Counted from the first letter of the stretch, positions 36,559 through 49,657 are shown. The stretch: DNA of 64,000 bases from Sedimentisphaerales bacterium (GCA_050014075.1 JBEKEA010000004.1:35665-99664), one strand, 5' to 3'. A program made the numbers and translations. The notes: generated by a model not told the origin, from the letters alone.

Positions 36559-37610
36559 ACCGGTTCAGATATATTCAGCAGAGCCAATAGAAAACTTACG
36601 ATGCTTTCTGCGCCCTGATTAGTATTAATATTGTCCGGTCCCAGGCCGTCGCAGCAGCCTTTTGTCTGAGAATCATACATCGGCAGGTGCAGGTCGTTAT
36701 CGCCGAGGAACCAGTCGAACGCCTTGCGCTCAAGCTTAAGATATTCCTGATTATTTGTTGCCAGGTAAGCATTTCTTAGCGTTAGAACTGTACCGGCCAC
36801 TTCAATCGGCTGCTGGTCGAACTTTGACCTTTCTTTGCCTTTCGAATACCAACTGTCTGAGCCGATAAAACTGAAATATTTTCCGTTATAAGTATTGGCA
36901 AGCAGAAATTTACAGGCTCTTTCGGCAATGTCGAGATATTTTTTTTCACCCAGCGCCATACCAGCCGCGAAAAGTGCAGCGGGTATTATCGCGTTATCAT
37001 AAGAAAGAATATTTTCGAACCAGTCCCATTCCTTTGTGGCGAAACGGCGATGAAGATTTGTCAGTTTTTCCGCTGCCTGGGCAATATGTCTTTTTATCTC
37101 ATCTTCATCAGGGGACTGACTAAGGTAATCCACCAGTCCGAGAATCGCGTAAGACATTCCCCTCGGCGAGAGAACCGGTATATGCTTTGTCGCCTCGGAG
37201 AAAAACTCTTTGGCTATTGAAAGATAAACTGGCGATGGCGGCGATGCGATTACCGAGCCTAAAGCCCACAAAGTTCTGCCGAGCGTATCGAGTTCGATTT
37301 CGCCAGTCCTCCAGTTCCTGTTATAATCCATAAAATTGTGGACTGTGCCATCGGGTTTTAAAGCATGGCATAGAAAAGCTAAATAAATCTCAAAAAGCCT
37401 CAAAGCCTGCGGGTCGGCATATTGTTTGTAATATTTAGCCGTAACGATAAGGGCTCTGGCGTTGTCGTCGGTGGTGTAGCCGTTCAGACGGTCGGGGATT
37501 ATGAATCTGGCGTGCTGAAAAAGACCTGTATCATCTGTTAGACGTTTAAGATGTTCTAAGGATGGTTTTGGCAGACCATTATCTGCTTTTTTTGGCGAAT
37601 CTTTTGGCAT
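36555..37610 (-). CDS. Six-hairpin glycosidase-like protein (domain usually fused to GT4)
   Basis: HLKRLTDDTGLFQHA, GYTTDDNARAL, WFE..LSYDNA, FDQQPIE, NQGAES. Confidence 0.7.
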   Translation of the reverse strand: MPKDSPKKADNGLPKPSLEHLKRLTDDTGLFQHARFIIPDRLNGYTTDDNARALIVTAKYYKQYADPQALRLFEIYLAFLCHALKPDGTVHNFMDYNRNWRTGEIELDTLGRTLWALGSVIASPPSPVYLSIAKEFFSEATKHIPVLSPRGMSYAILGLVDYLSQSPDEDEIKRHIAQAAEKLTNLHRRFATKEWDWFENILSYDNAIIPAALFAAGMALGEKKYLDIAERACKFLLANTYNGKYFSFIGSDSWYSKGKERSKFDQQPIEVAGTVLTLRNAYLATNNQEYLKLERKAFDWFLGDNDLHLPMYDSQTKGCCDGLGPDNINTNQGAESIVSFLLALLNISEPV

Positions 37611-37772
37611 AGGTCGAACCTCTTTTTGTCCTATAAAAAGCACTATAATTCTATTGCAGACATAAGATTATGTCAAGAAGTTTAAAAAACAGGATTTGAA
37701 TATTCAAGAGTAAATTTATTCATTTTTGTTTTTTTATGCACTTTTATTGATATATATCGTAATATATAATAG

Positions 37773-37799
37773 AATAGACTACTAAAACCATAGGAATTA
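37773..37799. promoter_or_regulatory. Possible Rrf2 (CymR/IscR-type) operator
   Basis: aatagactactaaaaccataggaatt immediately upstream of the Rrf2 gene; resemblance judged from memory. Confidence 0.3.
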
Positions 37800-37810
37800 A
37801 GGAGAAAGTC

Positions 37811-38248
37811 ATGAAACTTTCAACAAGAACAAGATATGGTATGCGGGCTTTGCTTGAGCTTGCGATTGCCAATAATACGGGCCCTCTGCAAATAAAGGTG
37901 ATAGCGGAGCGGCAGAAGATATCCAATAAATATCTCGAGCAGCTTGTTGCGATTCTAAAAACAGCCGGTCTGGTCAGGAGTATTCGTGGTCCTCATGGCG
38001 GCTATGTTCTGTCATCGCCGCCGGAAGAGATAAAACTGAGTGTAGTTTTCCGGACGCTCGAAGGGCCGGTTCTAACCACCGAATGCGTCGAGGATGCAAG
38101 TGTCTGTCCGAATTCAGCCGACTGCGCAACAAGAAAACTGTGGATGCAGATGGACGAAGCGATATTAGGTGTGCTTGAAAACAAGACACTGCTGGACCTT
38201 GTGGAAATGGCGCAAAAAAGCAAACAGACTATGAGCTATCAGATTTGA
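37811..38248 (+). CDS. Rrf2-family regulator (CymR/IscR-like, three Cys)
   Basis: MKLSTRTRYG.RA, ISNKYLEQL, SIRGPHGGY.L, C.....C....C. Confidence 0.93.
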   Translation: MKLSTRTRYGMRALLELAIANNTGPLQIKVIAERQKISNKYLEQLVAILKTAGLVRSIRGPHGGYVLSSPPEEIKLSVVFRTLEGPVLTTECVEDASVCPNSADCATRKLWMQMDEAILGVLENKTLLDLVEMAQKSKQTMSYQI

Positions 38249-38284
38249 TGCGCATAAAGAACTGTAATTAACTGGAGAATTTTC

Positions 38285-39205
38285 ATGAGTAAAATTTACA
38301 ATAATATTGTAGAAACAATCGGACGGACGCCATTGGTTCGCCTGAACAGATTTGATGTCGAAGATGCCGAAGTATTAGTGAAGCTCGAATATTTCAATCC
38401 GTGCGGCAGTATCAAAGACAGAATAGGCCTTGCGATGATTGAAGCGGCCGAGAAGCAGGGCAAGCTTAATAAGCATACAACCATTGTTGAACCGACCAGC
38501 GGAAATACCGGAATTGGTCTTGCTTTCGTCTGTGCCGTAAAGGGTTACAAACTCACATTGGTAATGCCGGAGTCGATGAGTATCGAAAGAAGAAAACTGT
38601 TTAAAATATTTGGCGCTGAACTTGTCCTGACGCCGGCAGCCGAAGGAATGAAAGGCGCAGTTGCTTATGCTCACAGGATGGTCAGCAACGGCGGGAATAT
38701 GATAATACTCGAGCAGTTTGAAAATCCGGCCAATCCGGAAATACACCGCAAAACAACGGCCCAGGAAATCTGGAATGATACTGACGGCAGGGTAGATATA
38801 TTTGTTGCCGGTGTCGGAACAGGTGGTACAATTACCGGCTGCGGACAGGTTTTGAAGAAATATAAGCCGGTGGTTAAAGTGATAGCTGTTGAGCCGGCCG
38901 ATTCGCCTGTGCTTTCAGGCGGCAAGCCCGGTTCGCACAAAATTCAGGGCATTGGAGCAGGTTTTATTCCGAAGGTGCTTGATACTGCGATTTTGGATGA
39001 AATTATTTGCGTGAAGAATGAAGACGCGATAGAGACAGCTAAAAAACTTGCCATGAAAGAAGGAATACTTGCCGGCATTAGCTCAGGGGCGAATGTTTTT
39101 GCCGCTGTGCAGGTCGCAAAGAGAAAAGAAAATAAAGGGAAAGTAATCGTAACGATTATTTGCGATACCGGCGAAAGATATATTTCAACGGAACTATTTC
39201 AATAA
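38285..39205 (+). CDS. cysK: Cysteine synthase A
   Basis: [47 protein letters not shown]. Confidence 0.96.
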   Translation: MSKIYNNIVETIGRTPLVRLNRFDVEDAEVLVKLEYFNPCGSIKDRIGLAMIEAAEKQGKLNKHTTIVEPTSGNTGIGLAFVCAVKGYKLTLVMPESMSIERRKLFKIFGAELVLTPAAEGMKGAVAYAHRMVSNGGNMIILEQFENPANPEIHRKTTAQEIWNDTDGRVDIFVAGVGTGGTITGCGQVLKKYKPVVKVIAVEPADSPVLSGGKPGSHKIQGIGAGFIPKVLDTAILDEIICVKNEDAIETAKKLAMKEGILAGISSGANVFAAVQVAKRKENKGKVIVTIICDTGERYISTELFQ

Positions 39206-39216
39206 AAGGCTCGAAT

Positions 39217-40116
39217 ATGGAAAACAATAATATTAAGAATTATGTCAAGGCAATTGTCGAAACTTATCAGGATGAGTCGGGTATAAATTTAATCGACACT
39301 ACGAATCTGCCGCTGCGCGACCGGATACTTGAGATTCTCGATTTGCTTATGGAAGTTGTTTTTCCGGGTTATACCGGCGCACGGGACGTTACCAGCTCGA
39401 ACATCGGTTTCGTAGTGGGCGATATTCTATCTCAGGTGCAAAGCCAGCTGAACGAGCAGATTGAAAGGGCGTTTCTCCATCAGTGCAGGATGAAGAAAAC
39501 CGATTGCACCGGCTGTCATGAGATGACCCGGGAAGTTACGAATTATCTTTTGGAGCAATTACCGAAGATTCGAAGAATACTTAAGACGGATATACAGGCT
39601 GCCTTTGACGGCGACCCTGCGGCGAGCAGTTACGAAGAAATTGTTTTAAGTTATCCGGGATTGAAGGCAATCGCGGTTCACAGGATTGCTCACGAGCTTT
39701 ATTTGAAAAATGTGCCGCTGATTCCGCGAATTATGAGCGAACATGCTCATCATAGAACCGGTATCGATATTAATCCCGGCGCCAAAATAGGCGAACGATT
39801 TTTCATCGACCACGGCACGGGCATAGTTATCGGCGAAACTTCGATAATCGGCAATAACGTAAAAATATATCAAGGCGTAACACTTGGCGCTCTGGCTCCG
39901 GCCAAAGGGCAGAGCCTGCGAGGCGTTAAAAGACATCCGACCATAGAAGACGATGTTACGATTTACGCTGCTGCGACGATTCTGGGCGATATAACTATCG
40001 GCAAAGGCTCGATAATCAGCGGAAACGTCTGGATTAAAGATTCTGTGCCGGCCGGCGTTATAGTTTCGATGTCAAGACCTGAACTTGTTTATATCCAGAA
40101 GAAAACGAAAAAATAA
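39217..40116 (+). CDS. cysE: Serine O-acetyltransferase (long form)
   Basis: DGDPAA.S..EI...YPG, TGIDINPGAKIG, FIDHGTG.VIGET, KRHPT. Confidence 0.92.
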   Translation: MENNNIKNYVKAIVETYQDESGINLIDTTNLPLRDRILEILDLLMEVVFPGYTGARDVTSSNIGFVVGDILSQVQSQLNEQIERAFLHQCRMKKTDCTGCHEMTREVTNYLLEQLPKIRRILKTDIQAAFDGDPAASSYEEIVLSYPGLKAIAVHRIAHELYLKNVPLIPRIMSEHAHHRTGIDINPGAKIGERFFIDHGTGIVIGETSIIGNNVKIYQGVTLGALAPAKGQSLRGVKRHPTIEDDVTIYAAATILGDITIGKGSIISGNVWIKDSVPAGVIVSMSRPELVYIQKKTKK

Positions 40117-40121
40117 ATTGT

Positions 40122-42328
<2,207 letters not shown>

Positions 42329-42338
42329 GGACTAAAAT

Positions 42339-43181
42339 ATGTGGGATTATAATAAAAAAGTTATGGAATATTTCCTTCATCCGGTAAATGCCGGCGAGAT
42401 TGAGAATCCCGACGGCGTCGGAGAGGAAGGGTCTCCCGCGTGCGGCGATATGCTGAAGCTGACTTTCAAACTCGGCAAAGACGGCCGGATAGCTGACATA
42501 AAGTTTAAAACTTTCGGCTGTGCAAGCGCAATCGCTTCATCTTCTATAATGACTGAAATGGTAAAAGGTCTTACTCTCGAAGAAGCCTCAAAGATAACCA
42601 ATAAGGACATTGTTGACAAACTTGGCGGGTTGCCGGAGCAGAAAATGCACTGCTCGGTTATGGGAATGGAAGCTTTGCAGGCAGCGATTGCAAATTATCG
42701 CGGGGGCAAGGCCGGGAAAATTACCGAAGGCAAAATCGTCTGCACCTGTTTCGGCGTAACGGACAAAGAAATTGAAAAGGTAATTATCGAAAATGACCTT
42801 AATGCTGTCGAGCAGGTTACAAATTTCTGCAAGGCTGGCGGCGGCTGCGGCCAATGTCGTGGTGAAATCCAGATGATAATAGATAAAATTCGCGGCAAAA
42901 AAGAAAAAGGCGCAGAACCTCAGGCTAAACCGAAAAAGCTGACAAATCTGCAGAAGATTCAGCTCATACAAAGGACGATAAGCGAACAGATTCGCCCGCT
43001 GCTCAAGGCCGACGGCGGAGATATCGACCTTATCGATGTCGAAGGCAGCAAGGTCATCATTGCCTTTCGTGGTATGTGTTCACAGTGTCCGACAGCCGAA
43101 TTTACATTGAAGGACGTCGTAGAAGCGAGATTACACGAGTTTGTCAGTGACGATATTATTGTTGAAGAACAAAACAGGTAA
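42339..43181 (+). CDS. nifU: Fe-S scaffold NifU (three-domain)
   Basis: ACGD, FGCASAIASSS, KMHCSV, VCTCFGV, CKAGGGCGQC, DGGD, GMCSQC. Confidence 0.93.
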   Translation: MWDYNKKVMEYFLHPVNAGEIENPDGVGEEGSPACGDMLKLTFKLGKDGRIADIKFKTFGCASAIASSSIMTEMVKGLTLEEASKITNKDIVDKLGGLPEQKMHCSVMGMEALQAAIANYRGGKAGKITEGKIVCTCFGVTDKEIEKVIIENDLNAVEQVTNFCKAGGGCGQCRGEIQMIIDKIRGKKEKGAEPQAKPKKLTNLQKIQLIQRTISEQIRPLLKADGGDIDLIDVEGSKVIIAFRGMCSQCPTAEFTLKDVVEARLHEFVSDDIIVEEQNR

Positions 43182-43186
43182 GAAAA

Positions 43187-44350
43187 ATGTCAAAAGTAAT
43201 ATATTTCGATAACAATGCCACAACGAAAGTCGCCCCGGAAGTTTTTGAGGTTATGAAGCCGTTTTTGACAGACCTTTACGGCAATCCATCGAGTATGCAC
43301 ACATTTGGCGGCCAGGTTGAAAAATATATCCGGAACAGCAGGGAGTCAATTGCAAAACTTCTGGGTTGCGACAGTTCTGAAATTATTTTTACGAGTTGCG
43401 GAACGGAAAGCGATAACGCAGCGGTAAAAGGCGTCCTCGAAACATTTCCTGAAAGAAAGAAGATTATAACAACTAAAGTCGAACATCCTGCAGTCCTTAC
43501 ATTGTGCAAAGAAATGAAATCACGAGGTTATATTCTTGTGGAGCTTAAAGTTAATAAAGAAGGGCAATTAAACCTCGACGAACTCAAAGCCGAGCTCGAT
43601 GATAATACCGCGATAGTTTCGATAATGTATGCCAATAACGAAACCGGCGTAATCTTTCCGATAGATAAAATCGCTGAAATAGTTAAGGCAAAGGGAGTAA
43701 TTTTTCATACCGATGCTGTTCAGGCGGTCGGCAAGATTCCGTTGAATCTCGAAAAGAACAATATCGATTTATTAAGTCTCAGCGGCCATAAGCTTCACGC
43801 TCCCAAAGGCGTCGGCGTTCTTTATATCAGGAAAGGCACAAGGATTTCGCCGTTCATTGTCGGAGGGCATCAGGAAAAGAGCAGAAGGGCAGGAACAGAA
43901 AACGTCGCCAGTATCGTGGGACTTGGCAAAGCAGCAGAGCTTGCCGGTGAAAATATAGAGATTGAAAATACAAAGGTTAAAAAACTTCGCGATAAACTCG
44001 AAAACGCGATTTTAAAATCCTGTCCGGATGCGATGCTTAACGGCGATAAAGTTAATCGCCTGCCGAATACCGCTAATATCAGTTTTGAATTTATTGAAGG
44101 CGAATCGATTTTGCTGCTGCTCGACCAGTTCGGAATTTGCGCAAGCAGCGGAAGTGCCTGCACCAGCGGCTCATTAGAGCCGAGCCATGTTATTCGAGCG
44201 ATGGGTGTGCCGTTTACTGCCGCTCACGGTTCAATCAGATTCAGCCTGAGCAAATATAATACAGAGGAAGAGGTTGATTTTGTGATTGAAAAAATGCCTG
44301 TGATTGTCAACCGCTTAAGGGAACTGAGCCCATTTGTGAAATCCAAATAA
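43187..44350 (+). CDS. nifS: Cysteine desulfurase NifS
   Basis: YFDNNATT, GNPSSMH, HTDAVQ, SGHKLHAPKG, SSGSACTS. Confidence 0.95.
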   Translation: MSKVIYFDNNATTKVAPEVFEVMKPFLTDLYGNPSSMHTFGGQVEKYIRNSRESIAKLLGCDSSEIIFTSCGTESDNAAVKGVLETFPERKKIITTKVEHPAVLTLCKEMKSRGYILVELKVNKEGQLNLDELKAELDDNTAIVSIMYANNETGVIFPIDKIAEIVKAKGVIFHTDAVQAVGKIPLNLEKNNIDLLSLSGHKLHAPKGVGVLYIRKGTRISPFIVGGHQEKSRRAGTENVASIVGLGKAAELAGENIEIENTKVKKLRDKLENAILKSCPDAMLNGDKVNRLPNTANISFEFIEGESILLLLDQFGICASSGSACTSGSLEPSHVIRAMGVPFTAAHGSIRFSLSKYNTEEEVDFVIEKMPVIVNRLRELSPFVKSK

Positions 44351-44378
44351 AATTCAAACTCCGCCGACAGGTAAATTA

Positions 44379-45185
44379 ATGAAATCGAGTGTAACAATTT
44401 CTCTGATGAAGTCTTCAAAGGCGGCCTGGATTTTTCAGGAAGATATTTCAATATGCATTCCCAAGGCAAAGAAAATCGGTTTTGACGGCGTTGAGCTTTT
44501 TATGGGTGGCGCAGACGATGTTGACGCAAAGCTTTTACGCCGGCTTCTCGACGATAACCAGATAAATCTTTCTGCTGTGGCGACAGGCGCCGGAAAATCG
44601 CTGCACAATCTTACTTTGACAAGTCCCGACAAAAATATCCGCGCAAAGGCGATTGACTATATCAAAAAAATGATTGATTTCGGAGTACTTTTCAATGCTC
44701 CTGCGAAAATAGGCTCGATGCAGGGCAATATCGGCAAAAATAACAGAGAAGATGCTTTGGCAGGATTAACTGAAAGTCTTAACGAATTAGGCAGATACGC
44801 CGGGCAGAGAAATGTTGAACTTCTTTTCGAGCCTTTAAGCCATTTAAGCACCGATGTGATAAATACGGTCGCGGATGGCATCGAAATTATTAAAAAGACA
44901 GGCGCGGATAATATAAAAATCCTTGCCGATTTATATCATATGGATATCGAAGAGCCGGATATCGCCGAAAGCATAAAACAGGCCGCCGGATTTATCGGTT
45001 ATGTTGATTTTGTCGATAGCGATCGCAAACCGGCGGGACTGGGACATATAGATTTGAAATCCGCAGTTGATGCTCTTAAGCATATCGGCTACAAAGGTTA
45101 TCTTTCCGCTGAGGCACTGCCCTGGCCGGATTCGCAAACCGCAGCCGAACAAACAATGAAAACTTTCCGGCTTTTATGTAAGTAG
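44379..45185 (+). CDS. Sugar phosphate isomerase/epimerase (TIM barrel, IolI/IolO-like)
   Basis: GFDGVEL, FEPL, LADLYHMDIEE, DSDR...GLGH, SAE. Confidence 0.8.
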   Translation: MKSSVTISLMKSSKAAWIFQEDISICIPKAKKIGFDGVELFMGGADDVDAKLLRRLLDDNQINLSAVATGAGKSLHNLTLTSPDKNIRAKAIDYIKKMIDFGVLFNAPAKIGSMQGNIGKNNREDALAGLTESLNELGRYAGQRNVELLFEPLSHLSTDVINTVADGIEIIKKTGADNIKILADLYHMDIEEPDIAESIKQAAGFIGYVDFVDSDRKPAGLGHIDLKSAVDALKHIGYKGYLSAEALPWPDSQTAAEQTMKTFRLLCK

Positions 45186-45209
45186 TCGAAATACGATATG
45201 ATTGAATTC

Positions 45210-46880
45210 TTATTGGAACGAAGAGTCGGATAATTCTTTTGGATATAGAGCTATTATGATACCATCATCGAGTTCTTTTATGATCTTCATGTTACAAAAC
45301 TGCTGAAGTTCCTGCGGGTCATAAAGATATTTTCGAAAGTGTCTTGCGAACCATACCAGATAAACACTTTCTCCGGTCTTAAGAGCCGATTTAAATTCCA
45401 GAAGTTGCTTTTCCATATCTTTCCGGCGGCTTTGGCTGATATTTTTGAAGTAATCAGATTTTACCGGCAGCATATAAGCGTTGATATCCGTAAGAATATA
45501 AATACCATTAGTTTCATTAGTATATATTTTCCCATTTAATTTGTTGGACTTGAGCCAGGCGATTGTATCGGAATCTTTCCAGGATGAACTTGAGAATCCA
45601 AAACCATTTTGAGATAGTTGCTTGGTAATTTCCATAGTATAATAGAAGCCTGTATTATAAACCCAGATACTTATGCCGATGCAGAATCCGGCTATAAGGC
45701 CGTATCGAATAATTCTTCGGCTCGAACGGTTTTTAATTATAGAAAAGTTTGAGCCTGGACCGAACAAATTTATTACCAATATGCCCATAAGGATAACAAT
45801 CGCAGGATATAAGGGAGATAAAAGTCTGTCGTCGATAAAATCCATACTGGTACTTGTCGCGGAATAAATGATTGCCGTCATATAAAGAGCAAGAAACAAC
45901 AAAACAGTAATTATCAACCAGTCAGCTTCTTTTGACTTTATGGTTTTATAAATATAAACTGCTAAAATCGCCGAAACGAAGATGGAAAACAAAGCAAAAA
46001 CCAATCCTCCGGCAGTAAACTCTTTGGGGTTTTGCAGGATGAACCAGCTCCCAATAATATTCCCGGCAGTTTTAATATTTTCGAGCAGCGTTATAGAGGA
46101 CGGAACTCGAGGCCCCATCGCGGTTCCTGATAAAATCCGGTTTCTTAGAAGCCATATTCCAAAAGGAAGCACCGAAACAACACCCCACAGGAAAGTGAAA
46201 ATCAGTTTTCTGCGAAAATGCTTAATGCCCAAAAAAAGCACAACAGCGCCGACCGGCAGCAGCACAATCCCTACATAACGTGTCATACAGGCAGCAGATG
46301 TAACGACGGCCAATAACAGAATCAATTTAAATGTCGGATTCTTAATCGCTTCGGGCACAAGAAAGAGAAAAACTGTTATCAGCACTATAAATAAAGGCTC
46401 GCTCCAGGCCCAGCAGCAGACTAAAACAAGCGGTTTAGACAGCAATGTGAGAACAGAGCATATTACAGAAAAAATCAGCGAACCTGAATACCTTAATATA
46501 CATAATCCGGACACAAATATAATGAGGCCGAACGATACGGCATTTATCAGCCGGGCGGCGAGAAAATCATTCATTCCGCATAACTTAAAAAATGCAATAA
46601 TTACAGGATACAAAGGCGGCCATGCCAGGAGGTAGGAGCCGTCATGTTGCGTAAATGAATGGTTTTCCAGCAAATTACGTGCACATGAGATATAACCGAC
46701 CGAATCCCCGGAAAGGCCCACGCCGTAATTGCCGGTAGCCCAAAAAATCAGCACAAAACCTATAATCCCTATAAAAAGAGGACCGAGGAATGATAACCGG
46801 CGATGGTTTAGAGGCAAAATGGTTTCTTTAATTTTAGAGGTTTCGCGGTGGTTATGTTTTTGCTGTATATTTTTTTTCAT
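45210..46880 (-). CDS. GT-C-fold membrane glycosyltransferase (distant ArnT/PMT-like)
   Basis: DS..Y...ARNL, WPPLYP, WSEPLF, TRYVG; about 12 TM helices; end of a glycosylation operon. Confidence 0.7.
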   Translation of the reverse strand: MKKNIQQKHNHRETSKIKETILPLNHRRLSFLGPLFIGIIGFVLIFWATGNYGVGLSGDSVGYISCARNLLENHSFTQHDGSYLLAWPPLYPVIIAFFKLCGMNDFLAARLINAVSFGLIIFVSGLCILRYSGSLIFSVICSVLTLLSKPLVLVCCWAWSEPLFIVLITVFLFLVPEAIKNPTFKLILLLAVVTSAACMTRYVGIVLLPVGAVVLFLGIKHFRRKLIFTFLWGVVSVLPFGIWLLRNRILSGTAMGPRVPSSITLLENIKTAGNIIGSWFILQNPKEFTAGGLVFALFSIFVSAILAVYIYKTIKSKEADWLIITVLLFLALYMTAIIYSATSTSMDFIDDRLLSPLYPAIVILMGILVINLFGPGSNFSIIKNRSSRRIIRYGLIAGFCIGISIWVYNTGFYYTMEITKQLSQNGFGFSSSSWKDSDTIAWLKSNKLNGKIYTNETNGIYILTDINAYMLPVKSDYFKNISQSRRKDMEKQLLEFKSALKTGESVYLVWFARHFRKYLYDPQELQQFCNMKIIKELDDGIIIALYPKELSDSSFQ

Positions 46881-46884
46881 CCGG

Positions 46885-47865
46885 TCATCTTTTTGAATAG
46901 TAATCTATGGCACGTTTTATTCCTGTTTCAAAATCTATTTTATATGTGAAGTCGAAGGCCTTTTGTTTTGTCATATCGCCGCCTCTGGCAAAGACGCCTT
47001 CAGGTTTGTCTGATAGTCCGCGCACTTCGGGGTGATATCCGCAAATTTCAGCGGCAAGAACTGCAAATTGTTTGAAACTCGTAAAGATGCTTGTGGACAG
47101 GTTCAAAGCGCCGGCATTATCAATTTTATCCATTGTTTTTAAAACGCCGTCAACGCAATCTTCTATATGAATGAAGTCCCGCATCTGGTCGCCGGTTCCC
47201 CAAACGTTCAGCACGGGCTGGCCTTTGCTTTGCATTGCCCGTTTACATATACTCGGAAACGGATACGCATCGTCCTGGTCTTCGCCATAACCGGAGAATG
47301 GCCGATATATAACGGTTTTTAAACCATACTTTTCGTAAGCGAGTTTGGCAAGATACTCATGTGTGAGTTTCGCCCAGCCGTAAGTCATATCGGGCATACC
47401 GATATTATCGTCTAAAGTTATCATATCCTCTTTCAGCAGGCAGTAATTTCCCTGGCGCTGAAGACTGATTGGATATGCGGCACTTGAGCTGAAACAAATT
47501 GATTTGGCCGGTTTCGTTTTTATCGCCCATTGCCAGAACGAGGCGTCTATTGAAAGGTCATCCGCGACGGCAAGAGGATGGTTCTCAATCATTAATCGGC
47601 CGCCGACCATTGCGGCAAGGTGAAAACAATAATCGAAATCGTCATCCAGGTTTTGGAGAAAAAATTGGCGGCAATCCATACGAAAGAAATGAAAATTGGA
47701 ATAATCCAGAGGATTAAACAACGGCCAGCCGATATCGGGGTCAATGCCGCCTGTGTACTTTGCTATGTTATCAACTGCGTAAACTTCATCGCCCTTATCA
47801 AGAAGTCTTTTTACGATATGACGGCCGACAAAACCTGCGGCACCTGTTACGAGTATCTTACTCAT
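46885..47865 (-). CDS. NAD-dependent nucleotide-sugar epimerase (extended SDR)
   Basis: TGAAGFVG, HLAAMVGG, SSSAAY, YGWAK, RPFSGYG, WGTG.Q.RDF. Confidence 0.9.
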   Translation of the reverse strand: MSKILVTGAAGFVGRHIVKRLLDKGDEVYAVDNIAKYTGGIDPDIGWPLFNPLDYSNFHFFRMDCRQFFLQNLDDDFDYCFHLAAMVGGRLMIENHPLAVADDLSIDASFWQWAIKTKPAKSICFSSSAAYPISLQRQGNYCLLKEDMITLDDNIGMPDMTYGWAKLTHEYLAKLAYEKYGLKTVIYRPFSGYGEDQDDAYPFPSICKRAMQSKGQPVLNVWGTGDQMRDFIHIEDCVDGVLKTMDKIDNAGALNLSTSIFTSFKQFAVLAAEICGYHPEVRGLSDKPEGVFARGGDMTKQKAFDFTYKIDFETGIKRAIDYYSKR

Positions 47866-48773
47866 TTGAAATGTTTCCTGTAAAGATTAAAAGCATTAAC
47901 AGATTCCGGCGGCAAATACTGCAAAATACGCTCGGGATCTTCTTTGAGGTCTTTAACTATCTTTAGATTATTCTCATAACCGAGATATTCCTGCCGCATA
48001 TCTTTTACAAGGTCGTGCTCGTTTCGGGCCTGATACACGGTTGGCTTTCCATATATCACTTTATTCCCCTTGGCCTGAACATAATAGCTTGCCCAGATAT
48101 CGTCCATTCGGCCTATATGCGGAAACAGAAAATAATCTTTGAGGATTTTGCCGTTTAATATTGTATTTTGAGAGTTGAATGGAGAAAAAGCGTTTCCGGC
48201 AATGGGAAATAAAGTCGGGTCGAATTTGCATTCAGGAGCGTGTTCCATTCGGCAGATGGCGTCTATATCGGGGTCGCCGTCCCAGAAATCGGCCTGAATA
48301 TCAGGACATATTATTTTCCTGCTGACGTTTTTATAATCTCTTTTGGACAAAAGCTGCAGAGGAAATCCTCTGTGCCACAGATGCGATTCGTTTGTCGCTC
48401 CTATCGGGTCGAACGCAGGCAAATCGGTTTTATAGTAATTAACTTCCGTCTCTCTGCCTATCATAATATTTTGTCCCCAATCGTCATAGGGGATGTTGTC
48501 ATCGTCTATCACGGCAACTATTTCAGCGCCCATATCGTAAGCCCAGAGCAGGCCGAAGTTGCGGCGCTGGATACAGTTCCAGCCGATAGCATCGGATAGA
48601 GCTTTATCATATTTTTCCTGCTGCTGCGGCGAAACGTAAACGCCTTTTTTCAATTTGTAATCGGACGGCGTTTTTTTGTCGCCTATCGCGATGACCGTCC
48701 AGTCAGCCATAGAATCGAAACGCTGAATTGCCTTGGTAATGGGGTTTATTGTTGTAGTAACGATTGCTTTCAT
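47862..48773 (-). CDS. STELLO/DUF288 (GT75-related) protein
   Basis: IVTTTIN, W.VIAIGDKKTP, RRNFG.L.A, IDDDN, FNSQNT, RMDDIW.SY. Confidence 0.65.
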   Translation of the reverse strand: MKAIVTTTINPITKAIQRFDSMADWTVIAIGDKKTPSDYKLKKGVYVSPQQQEKYDKALSDAIGWNCIQRRNFGLLWAYDMGAEIVAVIDDDNIPYDDWGQNIMIGRETEVNYYKTDLPAFDPIGATNESHLWHRGFPLQLLSKRDYKNVSRKIICPDIQADFWDGDPDIDAICRMEHAPECKFDPTLFPIAGNAFSPFNSQNTILNGKILKDYFLFPHIGRMDDIWASYYVQAKGNKVIYGKPTVYQARNEHDLVKDMRQEYLGYENNLKIVKDLKEDPERILQYLPPESVNAFNLYRKHFK

Positions 48774-48782
48774 AATTAACCT

Positions 48783-49520
48783 TTAAACGGGATTGTTTGG
48801 TTTTATACGCTGCGGGGACAAGAATCTTGTTTTCCATGCCGTACGGAAATAAACGAATGTTTGCAGAAAAGTGTTGGCAGAAGTTCCTTCTGTCCGGGCT
48901 TTCCATTTGCAGGGGATTTCAGTAACTTTGGCGCCGCATCGCAGCGGCTTGATGAGACATTCCAGCAGGAACGGATGTTTCAACTCTTCCCATACGATTC
49001 CCTGGAGAACGGATTTGCGATACAACCGATAAGCATACGTCAGGTCGGTAAGCGCGGTGCCGTATAAAATTTTAAAGAACTTCTGAAAGGAATAATTTAA
49101 AAGCAGCTTTGTTGTGCTGTATCCCTTGAAACTTCCTTTTTGAATCCAGCGGCTGCCGGCAACTATATCCCAGTTTCCTTCGCTCATTTTTTTGATGAAA
49201 TCGGGGATTGCTTCTGGATCTGTTTCGAAATCACTTGCCATTAACATAATATAATTACCTGAAGCGATACTAATGGCTTCCCGCAGTGCGCCGCCAAGGA
49301 AGGGAAGTTTTTGCTTATGGATGCGGATTAAATCGGGATGCTGACTATTATTCCTCTGGACAATTTCCATACTTGCCGGTGTAGTTCTGTCGGCAACCAC
49401 AATTAATATCTCCTTTAAGTGTTCGCCGGAAAGCCTGAAAATGGCATCGACGGTCTGCTGTAGTGAATATGTCTCATTTAGTACGGGAAGTATAAATGTA
49501 ATATCAGGAGACTTATTCAT
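48783..49520 (-). CDS. GT2 glycosyltransferase (polyprenol-phosphate-sugar synthase-like)
   Basis: LPVLNE, LGGALREA, MASDFETDP, VAGSRW, TDLT..YRLY. Confidence 0.85.
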   Translation of the reverse strand: MNKSPDITFILPVLNETYSLQQTVDAIFRLSGEHLKEILIVVADRTTPASMEIVQRNNSQHPDLIRIHKQKLPFLGGALREAISIASGNYIMLMASDFETDPEAIPDFIKKMSEGNWDIVAGSRWIQKGSFKGYSTTKLLLNYSFQKFFKILYGTALTDLTYAYRLYRKSVLQGIVWEELKHPFLLECLIKPLRCGAKVTEIPCKWKARTEGTSANTFLQTFVYFRTAWKTRFLSPQRIKPNNPV

Positions 49521-49657
49521 AATTTTTAGAAAATACTCTCCGGAACGCTTAAAAACGCAAAAAATTCAACATTCTATAAAGCACAAAATATATCAAATAT
49601 GGGCTTTTTTGTCAAAAAAATAATAAACTCTCAATGTCCAAAAGGTAAGTAAAAAAT

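Noticed and set aside
42339-44350. Nitrogen fixation cluster
   Set aside because: No nifHDK; NifU/NifS alone serve as a housekeeping Fe-S system in many anaerobes.
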